64,000 bases of DNA from Trypanosoma brucei (taxonomy: Eukaryota): NCBI GenBank assembly GCA_000002445.1, contig CM000208.1:864001-928000 (forward strand), written 5' to 3'. Positions 34,806 through 46,283 of the stretch are shown here, in pieces. Numbering within the stretch: position 1 is the first letter of the stretch; every line of letters begins with the position of its first letter. A model generated the notes under the pieces. That model did no database searches. It saw only the letters and a program-made list of their open reading frames with translations, and had not been told where the DNA came from. The translations under genes and the position numbers were made by a program.

Positions 34806-37442
34806 ATGGGGCGTGATAGTCGCGGAGACCGATACGGTCGCAGGGACGATGTTGTTGACCCTCATGGCGGTTCCCGGGGCGGTGGTGAGGCGTCTTCATC
34901 TCGCTACAGTCGCTATGCAAGGACGAAACGCTCGCGATCTCCCCGTGGAGGTCGCCGGAATTCAAGTGAAGAGCGAAAACACCGACGGCGCCGCAGCGAG
35001 AGTGTCAGTCGGCAGCGCCGGCGTCGCGAGGTGAGCGGGGACAGTGGGAAGAAGGGCCACCGCCGCTCACGTTCACGCTCACGGTCGCGCTCACGGTCCA
35101 AACCGTCTTCCAGGCGAAAGGAGGGAGGGGAGCTCTCGCGTTTCAAAACGGTAGACGTAAATGAGCTTCTGCAGTCTCCCACTCCCGATCCATCTGCTGT
35201 TCCTAGCAACTCCTTACAAACTCAAATATTATTCCAGTTACTGCAGCAGCAGCAGCAGCATGCCGGTTTATTGAGTGATCCGTTACCAGCGGCAGTGGCG
35301 ATTCCTCCGGTTGAAACAACACCAATGATCAGCGTTGGCACAGTTGCCGGTGCTGTGCAGTCGGCGTATCCGTTGCAAACAGACGGGGAAGTCCCTCAGG
35401 AAACACTTATTGATCAACCGGCGCCAGCGAAAGTACTTCCATCTGTCGCGGATTTTGTCCCCGTCATCCCGAAGAGCTTAGTTGGGCTGCTGACCACCCC
35501 AGCAACCGGTAGTAACGTTGAATCCGGCGGCGCCGACGTTTCCGCGGCAAGCGGTGGAGGAGCGAATGGTGGTACGTGCGGTGTGTTGACAACGGCAACT
35601 GGGGCGCTCGCAGTCTTGCAAGCACCAAAACTTTCCCCAGAGGCGGAGCGCCGGGCACGTGAGGCAAGGCGGGCCCACATTTCGTGCTTCCCACGAGGCA
35701 CGACGCAACAGGAACTTCTGGACTACTTCAGGACCATCATACCGATAGTTCGCCGCATTCGAGTGCAGCGTGAAATGGACCGGTTAACCGAAGAAGCGCG
35801 TGCAAAGCTTGGGAACGACGCGGAGGCGGAAAATATTGAGCGTCGTGAGATACCACCCAACGCTGTGATTGATGTTGACCGTGTAATTGATCTAGCAGTA
35901 AATAGCGCAAAGTCAAAACCCTTTGGATTTTTGGAAGTCAGTCTTGCTGATCTTGTGACAGAATTGGTTGAAGAATCCGTGCGGGACCCGGATCGCTTTA
36001 CCTTTGTTGCTGCTGATGGAAAACCGTACCCTATCACCATCCGTCGTCCACGAGACTACCAGGAGCTTCCAGGAGTAGATCACCGAAAGGTTGTGATGCT
36101 TGGTTTCCCACCAACGCTCCCTCTGGAAAAATTGCGGCTCGTGTTTGAGCAGTTTGGACAACTGCTTGCGTTTGATGTGAAGGAGGGTATGGCCTATGGT
36201 GAATTCGAGAAGGAAGAAGATGCCGTTGAGTGTGTCCGTGATTTGCAAGGAGAGGTGTTGGGTAACCGAGTGGTTGTGCTAATGCCGCTTTATGATTGGC
36301 TTAAAGTTGTTTGTACTCATGCCGACATTGATGTTTCACTTGACCCCGACGACCCTGTAGCAGGGACGTCGCTTTTGGCTAAAACAAACCAAAACGATGG
36401 TGCCATCGTACCGCTGCTTGCTGAAGATGTGGAAAAGAAGGAGGAACCCGTAGACCACATGAAAGAGCTACTGGAGCTTACGGTCCACCTGCCAGACGTG
36501 ATTCTGCACTTTTCGAAGACGTTTCCACATCTTAGGTCACTGTACGGTAGCACAGTACCGATTTTCCCCACCCGTATCCTTGTGTTAATGAATCTGTTTG
36601 ATGAAGAGGAACTGGTGTTGGATGAGACGTACGAACGACTTGTGGAAGAAGTCTCCGAAGAGGTAGAAAAACACGGGCGCGTAAAATCTTTAATCATTCC
36701 TCGGAGGACACCCCCTCCACTCCCGCCCAAACTTCCAAAAAATGTTTTGGCTTCGCGAACGGGTGCTACAAAGAATTCGGAAATGGGACAACCCAAGCAC
36801 TCGCAGAACGACGATTCTGATGGTAGTAGAAAAGACTATGAATTCGCTGCTGATCCTACCGCGCCACCCATGCCTTCAAATATTTCTGTTGGGCGTGAGG
36901 ATGTCCAATCGTTTCGCGGCGATAATGACGGAATCAAACATGATCAAGGAGACGGAAGTAATTTAAATACTAACAATGACAGTATTAATGATGATGAAGA
37001 TGAGGAAGCGAAGTATGAGCGCGAGAAAGCGGAGTATCTCAAGGCGCGGGAAGCTTACACAGAGAACATACTGCACCCAATTCACGGCGGATTAGGCCGT
37101 GTTTTTGTGGAGTATGAGTCGGTGGATGAGGCAGCCATTGCTCAACGGGAGATTGCTGGTCGGTTGTTTGGAGGCCGCACCGTTGTAACGTCTTTCATGT
37201 TTGAAGATGTACTATATCCACCAACCACTGAGGAAGAGGAAGCGCGGGCTGAAGAGAAAGTACAGCTCTACTTGGAGTCAATCGGAGCGGGGGATGGTGA
37301 TGAAGGCGAAAATGTTGGCAACGGTGAGGCGCAACCGCATGGAGGTACCGAAGATGGGACGCAGACAGGTGCCTTTGAGGAGGGCCAAAACTTGCCTTTG
37401 AAAACGGAAGGTGATGACGGTATCGCAGGTATTGACGGTTAA
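34806..37442 (+). CDS. U2AF65: RS-domain plus RRM/UHM RNA-binding protein, a U2AF65-like pre-mRNA splicing factor.
   Basis: The N-terminal 110 aa are Arg/Ser-rich (RSRSPRGGRRNSSEERKHRRRRSESVSRQRRRREVSGDSGKKGHRRSRSRSRSRSRSK). An RRM-like module follows (KVVMLGFPPTLPLEKLRLVFEQFGQLLAFDVKEGMAYGEFEKEEDAVECVRDLQGEVLGNRVVVL). A C-terminal UHM-like RRM is present (GRVFVEYESVDEAAIAQREIAGRLFGGRTVVTSFMFEDV). First ATG is 34806; the track ORF starts at a TTG at 34764. The gene symbol is assigned from memory of kinetoplastid U2AF65 architecture, not from a search. Confidence 0.6.
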   Translation: MGRDSRGDRYGRRDDVVDPHGGSRGGGEASSSRYSRYARTKRSRSPRGGRRNSSEERKHRRRRSESVSRQRRRREVSGDSGKKGHRRSRSRSRSRSRSKPSSRRKEGGELSRFKTVDVNELLQSPTPDPSAVPSNSLQTQILFQLLQQQQQHAGLLSDPLPAAVAIPPVETTPMISVGTVAGAVQSAYPLQTDGEVPQETLIDQPAPAKVLPSVADFVPVIPKSLVGLLTTPATGSNVESGGADVSAASGGGANGGTCGVLTTATGALAVLQAPKLSPEAERRAREARRAHISCFPRGTTQQELLDYFRTIIPIVRRIRVQREMDRLTEEARAKLGNDAEAENIERREIPPNAVIDVDRVIDLAVNSAKSKPFGFLEVSLADLVTELVEESVRDPDRFTFVAADGKPYPITIRRPRDYQELPGVDHRKVVMLGFPPTLPLEKLRLVFEQFGQLLAFDVKEGMAYGEFEKEEDAVECVRDLQGEVLGNRVVVLMPLYDWLKVVCTHADIDVSLDPDDPVAGTSLLAKTNQNDGAIVPLLAEDVEKKEEPVDHMKELLELTVHLPDVILHFSKTFPHLRSLYGSTVPIFPTRILVLMNLFDEEELVLDETYERLVEEVSEEVEKHGRVKSLIIPRRTPPPLPPKLPKNVLASRTGATKNSEMGQPKHSQNDDSDGSRKDYEFAADPTAPPMPSNISVGREDVQSFRGDNDGIKHDQGDGSNLNTNNDSINDDEDEEAKYEREKAEYLKAREAYTENILHPIHGGLGRVFVEYESVDEAAIAQREIAGRLFGGRTVVTSFMFEDVLYPPTTEEEEARAEEKVQLYLESIGAGDGDEGENVGNGEAQPHGGTEDGTQTGAFEEGQNLPLKTEGDDGIAGIDG
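35244..35260 (+). repeat. (CAG)6 coding trinucleotide repeat (poly-Gln) inside the U2AF65-like gene.
   Basis: Read directly: cagcagcagcagcagca, encoding QQQQQ. Confidence 0.8.
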
Positions 37443-38395
37443 ATTCTTTTACTTTGAGTGCTACCAGTTCATTTATGTGGTTCTTTGTCTTGGAAGAATT
37501 ACATTTCGGCACTTCTAACCTTTGTAGTGCTCAGGGATTAGAAAAATTGAAAAAGTCACCGTAGCATTTATCTGTGCTTGTGTGCATACTGCGAATGACG
37601 TAGGGAAAACAAACGCTGCTGTGGAATCCACGTACTGCATGTAGTGCGATGGAAAGGTGGTGCTTAACGAAGTTCAGACGGTATTGAATGGGCTGAACAT
37701 TCTTCGATGTGGGGCCACTGTGGCGGCGGTGCGGAGATCATGAAGTTTTGGTGGCATAAGGGAGACTTTACACCTTTCTCGGCCGTTGATGATGGGTTAA
37801 AGCGCAACTTAGCCGGAAGCGATTGGGAAAAGGTTATTGCCGGTAGTTCCCCAAATAACCTTCTACTTGGCTGTATGCCACACACACACACCATACAAAC
37901 TTTGTGAGAACCCTTTTGACTGTCAGTACTCCTCCTCTTTCTACATGCTCTATGGGATTATTCTTCCTCTTATTTGCAGATGATCTAGCGCACTGTTTTC
38001 TGTTCTCGGTGCATCTAGGCGGGGATAATATCACAAATGCAGCTCTCTCCGTACATATGGATTACCTTGAAGTACGTACACTGTTTTAACGGGAGAGTTA
38101 GGGGCAACATCTTTCATATTTTCTTTTGTCAATAGGTAGTTGAGGGGCGTCAGTACTTTGTTGTTCCGAAGGTTAATGGTTTCTCTTTCATTCACCCCAA
38201 CCCCTCACTATTTAATATTTTTGTTTACTCTCTCTTATGTAAGGTACTTGCATTTGTTTGAATTTATGCATTACCGCTGCCGCTGCCAACTCCATTCGTT
38301 AACTTTTCTCTTTTTTTTTTTCTCTCTCTCTCTGCATTGAACCGGCACTTTTAATTTACAATGAGCAGTGAAAAAGTGACTGTTGGAGGGAGTAT

Positions 38396-41300
38396 ATGCT
38401 GTTTACTTGCAGTTCACGTCGTTTAGTCGGAAGGACTCTCACACTGTACCTTCTGCGGCGTAACTGTAGTGCATTAACCGCTTCTGTTTCCCGCACCGTT
38501 CCAAGTGATGAAAGTGTAGCCACCAGCGGAGGCCGCATCGTCAGCGCCGCACCCGCGCCAAATTTGGCGCGCAAGGAAACTCAGCGGAAACAAGTAAGGC
38601 GTTCCAAACCATCTACAGCAGCAACCGCCAAAGGGGAATCTACTGGAGAAGAAGGGACTGAGTCTGTGGAGCATATATTATCTCTAGTGTCTGCGTCGCA
38701 AGTAAGGGCTTGCATTGAAAGCCATGAACCAGAAGTATCCAGTTCTTTTGCTGCGTCGCCACAAACACCAGTAACTCAAGCGTTACAATTACATCGGCGA
38801 CTCGCCAGTGAGAAACAGCAACCACACATAGGTATCGGAGAGACTACTGTCTCAAGTTCCGCTAGCATTGCGTCTGAACGAGTGGAGCGTCGGCGGAAAA
38901 AATGGACGGTGGCAGAGTCGGAGTTTGATGCTGGGATAACGGAGCGGTTGCTTCCAGAAATACGCAGACTGGCAGCACTGCACGAATTACATTATGGAGA
39001 CGCGGTCATGCGTGAGGTGGATTCTTCCACATATTTTGCTTCGTTGGGAGGTGCCACCGCGTCCGTAGCTGATATGCGGGCAGATGACGACATCAACGAT
39101 GCCGACTTGACCGATGATGAATTCCTGAAGTTCGAGGCGGAGCAGGTAGAAGTTGCGGGTGGCCCGGTGTTGTATAACACCTCTTCAAGCGGGATTATTG
39201 AGAAGTGTCAGAAGAAGGAAGAAATAACAAATGCAGCAAACGACGAAGAAAAGGTGTGTGCTCACAGTCTTCAAACACCTTGGTTTGTTCCAGCCGGTGG
39301 TGTTGTTCGGCTGGAGCCATTACCCCCGGAAGATGTGTTGTGTCTTTTGAAGTTTCTCATGCATCTACGGCAACAAACCCTTGATCAGCTCCCCGTGCCT
39401 CTTCAGGCGAAAGTGAGCGCAACTGAGCGGGTACTTCGCTCGGTACATCAGGAAGAGAAGTCGAAGGAGATCCCAATCGTTCCGAGAGCAGTAGCAGATG
39501 GTGGTACTACGTGTATTTCCTTTGAAGATGTCATGGTTTACCTTGACAAAGCGCCATCTCCGATCCTTGGCTTCACAGAAAACCTTCCACCAGGTGAGAG
39601 CCCTGCGTTTGTGTTTGTTCTATACACAGAGAACGTCTCACTTCAAAACGCCATAGGACACATGTCAGCACTTTTTGAGATACCTCAGCGTGCCTTCCTT
39701 ACGTGCACAGCTGTGTCCAAAATGTCATGTGGTGCAGTGCTGTGTGCGGTAACCCCCAACCAAGTGCGGCGAGAGCACTTGCTTCTGCTGAACACAATGC
39801 GTCACCCTGGCTTTGTGATCCGTGTTGGTTCCATACAAGAGGTGAAGGATGCGGAACGAATAGCAAGCCTGTTTGGTGACCTTGCGCGTTGGCAGCCACT
39901 CCACGAAGTGGAAGTACTGCTTCGACGTGTGAGTTGTCGCAGTCGGCAAGAGCTTGAGCACCGCCTACGCGCCATAAAAGAGGTGGGTGCTGTGTTCTTT
40001 TGCTCCAACCGTGAGGCCTCTTTAGTACGGGCGGCGACAGATTTGCTTCATGGATTTTATAGGTCCGCTCTACTGAGTGCGCTGCACCGCCGTCACGCAC
40101 CACTAGAACTTCGGCAATTCATTAAGCGCCCAAATGTTATCACTGCAGCTCGCGCCCGTCGCGCTTCGACGGATCCAACAATTCGTCAGGCACTGAAAAA
40201 CTACGAGTTAACACAGGGGAACTGGGAACAGACAGTGGCGAGGATACCTTACGTTTGGCGTAGACGCTGGTTAAATGCTCTGCGAAGCTCTGTCTGGAAC
40301 GTTATGGCGTCTCGGCGATTGTCACTTGATGGTGCGTCACGGCGAGTCATTCCTGGGGATATCGTTTTCCGCCCGGAATATCGTGCTGATGTCCATCACC
40401 GCATGATCCCAACAGTGAAGGCAGAGCACGTGATGGTCGTTCGTGACGAAGAGGAAGCAGCACTCTGTAGTGTCGAAGATATATGTATTCCTTTCCTTAG
40501 GGGGACCTACCCACCTGAACTGTTTGCACCTGAGGAAACAAAGCATCCGATTATGACAAATACGAGCATGCTAGCAATTCTTCGGGAGTTGCATGCACCT
40601 CAACTACTTCTGGGTATGAATGATGCTTGTCGTCAGTTGATGGACATCCGTTGTGATTGTGCACCTCTCCTTTTCCGTCGCCTTATAATCAGACCCATTG
40701 CGGTGTCGTTCACAGTGCTGGAGGATAAACCTCCGGTGAAGTCCGTGCACTTCGACGCCGCTCGATTGCTGTTAAACGACAGGTTAATGCATCAGAATGC
40801 TCTTCGTCGCAACCCTTTGCAGAAATCAGATCCTTCGAAACGGTGTGGAGTCGGTGCTGACGGCGAAGCTAGTCTTCCATCCTGTTCTTCTTTAGCTAAC
40901 CAGGATGTGGTGCTGGACCAAACGACCATCGGTGCGCGTCTGATGTCGGGTGTTCTTGCCGAAGAATTCTTTACGACACCAGATCGCAGTGATTACGTGA
41001 CACTCGGCCACGTCACGCGCAAGCTGCACGGTAACTTTGTAGCTGCCGCTCCGCAAACACCCGAAGATGCGCTAGGAACTGTTGATCGCCTTTACAGTGT
41101 TCATATACATGCAGTTTTGCGCTACGGGGTGGGGGCTATGTCTCAGTTGCTTCGGGAATATTTTATTTTAGGAGGTGTTGAGGCTGAGAGCGATAGTGCG
41201 CTACAACACAAGGTGCACCGTATGCGCCGCGAACTTGACAATGAAACACAGTATTTAACTGCACCAACATTTTGCACCGCGTGCTACTCTCGCTGTCATG

Positions 41301-43804
41301 ACGCGTTGAACTCATGTGCGGAGTATCAGCACAAGCATGGAAAGCATTTGGGAAGAAAACGGCGTGAGGAAACTCTTCAGCAGCTACAGTTTATGGGGAA
41401 AACGTTGCCATCAGTTGCAGATACTTCACCCCTGTCTTCGCGTGAGGCAGCTACTGTTCCTGGAGGCGGTGAAATCAGTGCTGTTTCCGGTGTGAACGGC
41501 TCTGCAGTTGAGACCCAACAAACAACGAAGGGCGTCACTAATGCGTCGCACACTCAGCTTGAGCTAGAGTTGTTGCTCCGACGGCGAAACGGGGAACAAA
41601 AGTGGGGTGTGCACCTCACCTCATCCCTTTGCTTAGCAAACATCGATGACGTTAGTGTAGTAGCGGGTGGTAGGTTGCGTTGTGTCTGCGGAGATGTGAC
41701 TAGCGCGATTTCACCGAAACAGTTATGCAGAGTGCTGCTACAAGGGAGTGTTGAGGATATTTCTTCAACCTCAAATGAGATTAATAAACATCATATGTTG
41801 GCTCTTCGACGTTTCGTTGCTGTATCTACAGGTGAGAAGGTGGACACCATATATGAAAGCAGCAATAAAACGTGGGATAATGGTTGTGAAGCCGCGTCTA
41901 TTCTGGATGAAAATTCAGACGGTGTAAAGCTCACTAAGGTTGCCGAAGTTTTCTCCGTTTCATCACCACGACACCCGCAAACGTTAACAACTGAATCGAG
42001 GGGGGAGATCGACACGGTGGTGGGAGACTCCCGTACGTTGCTCCACAACTGTCGGTGGGCTTTGAAGGGTATCAACGATGCGGAGGTGGCTGACCGGAAG
42101 CAAGTGGCGGCAGTGTTTGTGACAATTGGAAAGCAGCGGGAAGTGCGCTTGCGCTTTCGGACCACTATTGATCTTCCTCTTTCGCACATCAACGAACATG
42201 GGAATGACAGTAATAACGCGGGTGGTACTGAGCGCTGTGAGCTTCCAGCCGTTGCTGAGCTTACGCTTTCGATAGCCGAAGGAAATGGTAGTTGCGGGAA
42301 ATCTGGGTGGGGAGTGATGATTGACAAAAGTTCGCTCGCTCTGCTGAACCTGTCTGAGCTTCTCCAGCAACGGCAAGTGGGGGTGAGCGGAAGGCTTAAC
42401 CCACCAATACCTTCTTACATAAACCCTTCCGCCGCTGATGGGATGTATGTGCTCCATGCCTTGGATGGGATTCCCGTCGCCTCTCAACAGGAGGTTAGCT
42501 TACATATGGGAAAACGAAGACAAGCTTTGAAGGGTGTATCCAATGGTAAGTGCAGTTCCCTGCGTTTGCAACTCCGACGCTTGCAAGGACATCCGCAAAA
42601 AGGTGTGGCAACAGTTGAAACCGCTAAGCTACCGGGGGCGACAATGAAAACTATTGTAGCTGCCGGTGTTGAAGCGGATGGAAAGAGGGACAAAGTGACG
42701 ACGGTGGTGAATTCAACGACCACAGTCGAGGACGTAAGCGATGCGGCGGAAAGTGAATCCGGCTTGACGCCTTTACTACCTTGCAGCCCACAATGTGTGC
42801 CTCTCACCTCAGTGCAACTTCGACGCAGTGTGTTCACCATTGCGATAAATCGCTCTGCAGGTGCCCCTCGGGGTCGTTGGGGAATTAGGGTACAGCGCGG
42901 TACTCGGCGGCTGCAGTACATTCAGCACAATCAGTACTTCACATTTCAGGTGTACACGGCGAAACAGAACCAAGCCGTTCGCATTGCCGATAACTTGCGC
43001 TTACATACACACCAGCTGAAAAGTTCTGGCACCTCGGAGCCGGACGATGGTACGGTGGCAAGCGAAACGGAAGAAAAAGAGAGAACCACCGCAGCATCCT
43101 TCTCTTATTTTATTTACATGATTGCAGGTGTTAACTACCGACATGTCGGTACCAACGAAGAGCTACGAGCATCTCTCACAGAAGCGGGGCGTTCGCATGA
43201 AGAATCTGTAATTCTACACGTCCAACAATATCGTTTGGCTTACATTGCGCTTTCTGTTAAGCGGAAAGAGGTTGCGGGAGGAGGAGCACTTGAACCCGTT
43301 GGCTTGTGTATATCAAAAGATATGGTGATCAAATCTGTTGTCGCTGGTAGCGCGGTAGCACGAGCCATCATCGCTGCTACACATGAGGACTGCTCACTAC
43401 GCGGCCTCATTGTGGAGGATCCATCCAGCAGTGGTGGGAACTTTTCCTCGCCCAACCAAACGTGGCGGTTCGATCTTGATGAAGACGAAGAAGGGCAGCA
43501 CATCCAAACTAATTCCCCAGTGGGGGATGCTGGTGCGCGTAATGTACCAGGTAATTCCAACTCTGATGCCGTATTAGGTAGACGAGTCGCTCACTGGAAC
43601 ATGGTGGACGGTGTAGCACTCTGTGCTACACATGATAAGGTGGAGTCTTCAGCTGGTGGTGAGTCAAGAAATCGTTTTGTCTGGCGAATACTATACGCTG
43701 CTCGAGCTGGCCCACTGCGCACACCCCAAGATGTGGCGCGGACCTTCGCTAGCAACATTCAAGAGGATACGATTTTTGTTCAACAATGCGTAATGGACGA
43801 CTAG
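38396..43804 (+). CDS. Large hypothetical protein of 1802 aa with a possible N-terminal mitochondrial presequence. Three repeated WG[VI]-loop modules suggest PDZ-like domains (speculative).
   Basis: ATG at 38396. N-terminus MLFTCSSRRLVGRTLTLYLLRRNCSALTAS is Arg/hydroxyl-rich, amphipathic and lacks acidic residues. Internal recurring pattern QKWGVHLTS at about 41600, SGWGVMIDK at about 42305 and GRWGIRVQR at about 42870, each followed roughly 60-70 aa later by a [YF]..L.A..G[IV] segment. Confidence 0.55.
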   Translation: MLFTCSSRRLVGRTLTLYLLRRNCSALTASVSRTVPSDESVATSGGRIVSAAPAPNLARKETQRKQVRRSKPSTAATAKGESTGEEGTESVEHILSLVSASQVRACIESHEPEVSSSFAASPQTPVTQALQLHRRLASEKQQPHIGIGETTVSSSASIASERVERRRKKWTVAESEFDAGITERLLPEIRRLAALHELHYGDAVMREVDSSTYFASLGGATASVADMRADDDINDADLTDDEFLKFEAEQVEVAGGPVLYNTSSSGIIEKCQKKEEITNAANDEEKVCAHSLQTPWFVPAGGVVRLEPLPPEDVLCLLKFLMHLRQQTLDQLPVPLQAKVSATERVLRSVHQEEKSKEIPIVPRAVADGGTTCISFEDVMVYLDKAPSPILGFTENLPPGESPAFVFVLYTENVSLQNAIGHMSALFEIPQRAFLTCTAVSKMSCGAVLCAVTPNQVRREHLLLLNTMRHPGFVIRVGSIQEVKDAERIASLFGDLARWQPLHEVEVLLRRVSCRSRQELEHRLRAIKEVGAVFFCSNREASLVRAATDLLHGFYRSALLSALHRRHAPLELRQFIKRPNVITAARARRASTDPTIRQALKNYELTQGNWEQTVARIPYVWRRRWLNALRSSVWNVMASRRLSLDGASRRVIPGDIVFRPEYRADVHHRMIPTVKAEHVMVVRDEEEAALCSVEDICIPFLRGTYPPELFAPEETKHPIMTNTSMLAILRELHAPQLLLGMNDACRQLMDIRCDCAPLLFRRLIIRPIAVSFTVLEDKPPVKSVHFDAARLLLNDRLMHQNALRRNPLQKSDPSKRCGVGADGEASLPSCSSLANQDVVLDQTTIGARLMSGVLAEEFFTTPDRSDYVTLGHVTRKLHGNFVAAAPQTPEDALGTVDRLYSVHIHAVLRYGVGAMSQLLREYFILGGVEAESDSALQHKVHRMRRELDNETQYLTAPTFCTACYSRCHDALNSCAEYQHKHGKHLGRKRREETLQQLQFMGKTLPSVADTSPLSSREAATVPGGGEISAVSGVNGSAVETQQTTKGVTNASHTQLELELLLRRRNGEQKWGVHLTSSLCLANIDDVSVVAGGRLRCVCGDVTSAISPKQLCRVLLQGSVEDISSTSNEINKHHMLALRRFVAVSTGEKVDTIYESSNKTWDNGCEAASILDENSDGVKLTKVAEVFSVSSPRHPQTLTTESRGEIDTVVGDSRTLLHNCRWALKGINDAEVADRKQVAAVFVTIGKQREVRLRFRTTIDLPLSHINEHGNDSNNAGGTERCELPAVAELTLSIAEGNGSCGKSGWGVMIDKSSLALLNLSELLQQRQVGVSGRLNPPIPSYINPSAADGMYVLHALDGIPVASQQEVSLHMGKRRQALKGVSNGKCSSLRLQLRRLQGHPQKGVATVETAKLPGATMKTIVAAGVEADGKRDKVTTVVNSTTTVEDVSDAAESESGLTPLLPCSPQCVPLTSVQLRRSVFTIAINRSAGAPRGRWGIRVQRGTRRLQYIQHNQYFTFQVYTAKQNQAVRIADNLRLHTHQLKSSGTSEPDDGTVASETEEKERTTAASFSYFIYMIAGVNYRHVGTNEELRASLTEAGRSHEESVILHVQQYRLAYIALSVKRKEVAGGGALEPVGLCISKDMVIKSVVAGSAVARAIIAATHEDCSLRGLIVEDPSSSGGNFSSPNQTWRFDLDEDEEGQHIQTNSPVGDAGARNVPGNSNSDAVLGRRVAHWNMVDGVALCATHDKVESSAGGESRNRFVWRILYAARAGPLRTPQDVARTFASNIQEDTIFVQQCVMDD

Positions 43805-45083
43805 GCGTGTTTGTGTTGCTTTTTTTGGCAACGGAGGAAAGTGCAGGCACGTTACAAATGGTTGTGGGACGCGTGGCGCGTTTTTCGTTCTCTCTCCGTC
43901 AATTTCAGTCCCGTTTCCTTTATCATTTGTTCCGCCCTTTTCACTATTTCGCATTCTTGTGGTGAGCTCTTTTTTCCTCTTTATTTGTGAAGACGAGAGA
44001 AGAGCATTCTTTTCAGTTAAATAACAGTTAAGTTAACGGGTGTACACTTCCGCGGGTGGAGCCACACTCAACTAAGAAGAAAATAGGAGCTGCCGTACGC
44101 ACACTGATAAAGGGATTTCTTTTTCTATTTACTTGTTGTGGTGTTGGGTTATTTTTGCGTGTTTTTTTGTGTGTTGTCTTTATTATTTTTTTTTTCGTTT
44201 ACTGAAGTCTACAATAACAGAAATAGTAAAGACATTACCACTTGTTTTAAGGGGAATGGGGGCGAGTATGGAAAAAAAAATGAACAAATCAAGGACTAAA
44301 CGAGCGTAGGCATTGTGTTCCTATGACACATATTCGAAAGGAAAGTGGGAGATTGTGAGGGATACATGCATGCAGCGGATTGGAAGAAGGAAAGACGATA
44401 TACATTTGTGTATCCGCATGTGTGACTTGTTACCGTTGTTATGTGGAAAAGTGGGGTAACACTACGGAAAGAGATGAGGCTCATTGTATAGTGCCAGTGG
44501 CGAGTGAAAAGACGCAGCGGAATGATAAAATATATTTTCTTTGTATTTATAAATTGTTTGCGCGTCTTATTGGTACTTTCTTGGTCTTTTTTGTTTTGTA
44601 CCCTGATGCCTCTCCGTTGCCGTGACCTCCTAAGTTCCTTCCGTAGTTACTACACATTTTCTTTTCATTTCACACATCTCTACTATTCCCTACATGGTGG
44701 GCTGGAACTTTTAGGTGCATCTTTGCTCCTCCTTTACTCCGCCTTCCAAATTCATTCGGTATGATCATGTTAATACAATCGGTATCTGCTGCTCCGTTCG
44801 TGTGCCATCTTAACGGGAAGTCAACTATTATAATCTTTATTTTTCTTTCCTTCTGTATCTTTTTGTCCAAAACAGAATATATTGTTTGGTGCGGTTTACT
44901 GTTATTGTCGTCGTGCTAAGAGTGAGTATATATTGATAAACTGCTACGTATATTTGTAAATATATTTATATCTGGATATCATTCTTGGATTATAGTCAGT
45001 GGGAGAAGGTTGAAAGCTTGTAAAAGGGAGGGGGAAGAGACGATTTGTGCGGTTGTGTACGTGATCAAAGGAGGTGGTTGACC

Positions 45084-46283
45084 ATGCAGGAACGTCAGGA
45101 GGAGTACGCCTCACTTTCTGAGCGGGAGCAGTTGCGGCAAGACGTCATTGCCAAAACTATACGGCGCAATGAATCACGGGCACGCGTCCGTGAGGTTGCA
45201 AAGGCAATGGAGGCATCGGAGAGGGAGTTGATGCGCGTGGTGGATCAACTTAGTGCTCTCATGAGCATTGGCCACTTCGTTGGTGAAATTCTTCACAAGG
45301 TGGATGAAGAGCGGTTTATCGTACAGAGCGTTTCCGGTGCCCGCCATCTCGTTGGTTACAAGAAAAGTATCAAGCCGGAGAAGCTGAAAATTGGAACTCG
45401 TGTCGCACTGGAAATTACAACGCTAACAATTGTGAAAGTGCTTCCCCGTGAGGTTGACCCACAGGTATATAACATGCAAGTTATGGAGAACGAGAAGAAT
45501 ATTTCGTTCCAGGAAATCGGTGGCTTGCAGGAGCAGATGCGGCAAATGCGAGAGGTCGTAGAACTTCCTCTGACGAATCCGGAGTTGTTTGTGCGTGTCG
45601 GTATTTCACCTCCTAAGGGCGTGCTTCTTTACGGCCCGCCGGGAACCGGCAAGACGCTACTTGCTAAAGCAATTGCGTCCAATGTTGACGCTGCTTTCCT
45701 GAAAATTGTAGCGTCCTCTATTGTAGATAAATATATTGGCGAGTCGGCACGAGTACTGCGTGAGATGTTTGCTTTTGCGCGCGATCATGAGCCATGCATT
45801 ATTTTTATTGATGAAGTGGATGCTATTGGCGGGAAGCGAATCGAGGGTAGTTCCTCCGACCGCGAGGTTCAGCGTACGCTAATGGAACTACTGCATCAGA
45901 TGGATGGCTTTGAGAAGCTAGGGAAAGTGAAAGTGATTATGGCGACCAACCGCCCCGACACGTTGGACCCCGCGCTTATGCGTCCCGGGAGGTTAGACCG
46001 TAAAATCGAAATCGGACTACCGAACGAGGCCGGTCGTCTTGACGTGCTGAAGATTCACGCATCCAAGATTACGAAACAAGGCGACATTGATTACGACTCG
46101 ATCGTCAAACTCTCTGAAGGTTTTAATGGTGCCGACTTACGCAATGTTTGTACCGAGGCCGGGATGTTTGCCCTTCGCGCGGGCAGGGATTACGTCATCA
46201 ACGAAGACTTCAACAAAGCAACCCGGAAGGTGGCAGATTCTAAGAAACTGGAGAGTGCTCCACATCAATACTCAGAGCAATAG
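45084..46283 (+). CDS. RPT4: 26S proteasome regulatory subunit ATPase RPT4 (PSMC6/S10b orthologue), AAA+ ATPase.
   Basis: Near-colinear match to the RPT4 family: [35 protein letters not shown] (Walker A), [25 protein letters not shown] (Walker B), [60 protein letters not shown]. First ATG is 45084; the track ORF starts at a TTG at 45045. Confidence 0.9.
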   Translation: MQERQEEYASLSEREQLRQDVIAKTIRRNESRARVREVAKAMEASERELMRVVDQLSALMSIGHFVGEILHKVDEERFIVQSVSGARHLVGYKKSIKPEKLKIGTRVALEITTLTIVKVLPREVDPQVYNMQVMENEKNISFQEIGGLQEQMRQMREVVELPLTNPELFVRVGISPPKGVLLYGPPGTGKTLLAKAIASNVDAAFLKIVASSIVDKYIGESARVLREMFAFARDHEPCIIFIDEVDAIGGKRIEGSSSDREVQRTLMELLHQMDGFEKLGKVKVIMATNRPDTLDPALMRPGRLDRKIEIGLPNEAGRLDVLKIHASKITKQGDIDYDSIVKLSEGFNGADLRNVCTEAGMFALRAGRDYVINEDFNKATRKVADSKKLESAPHQYSEQ

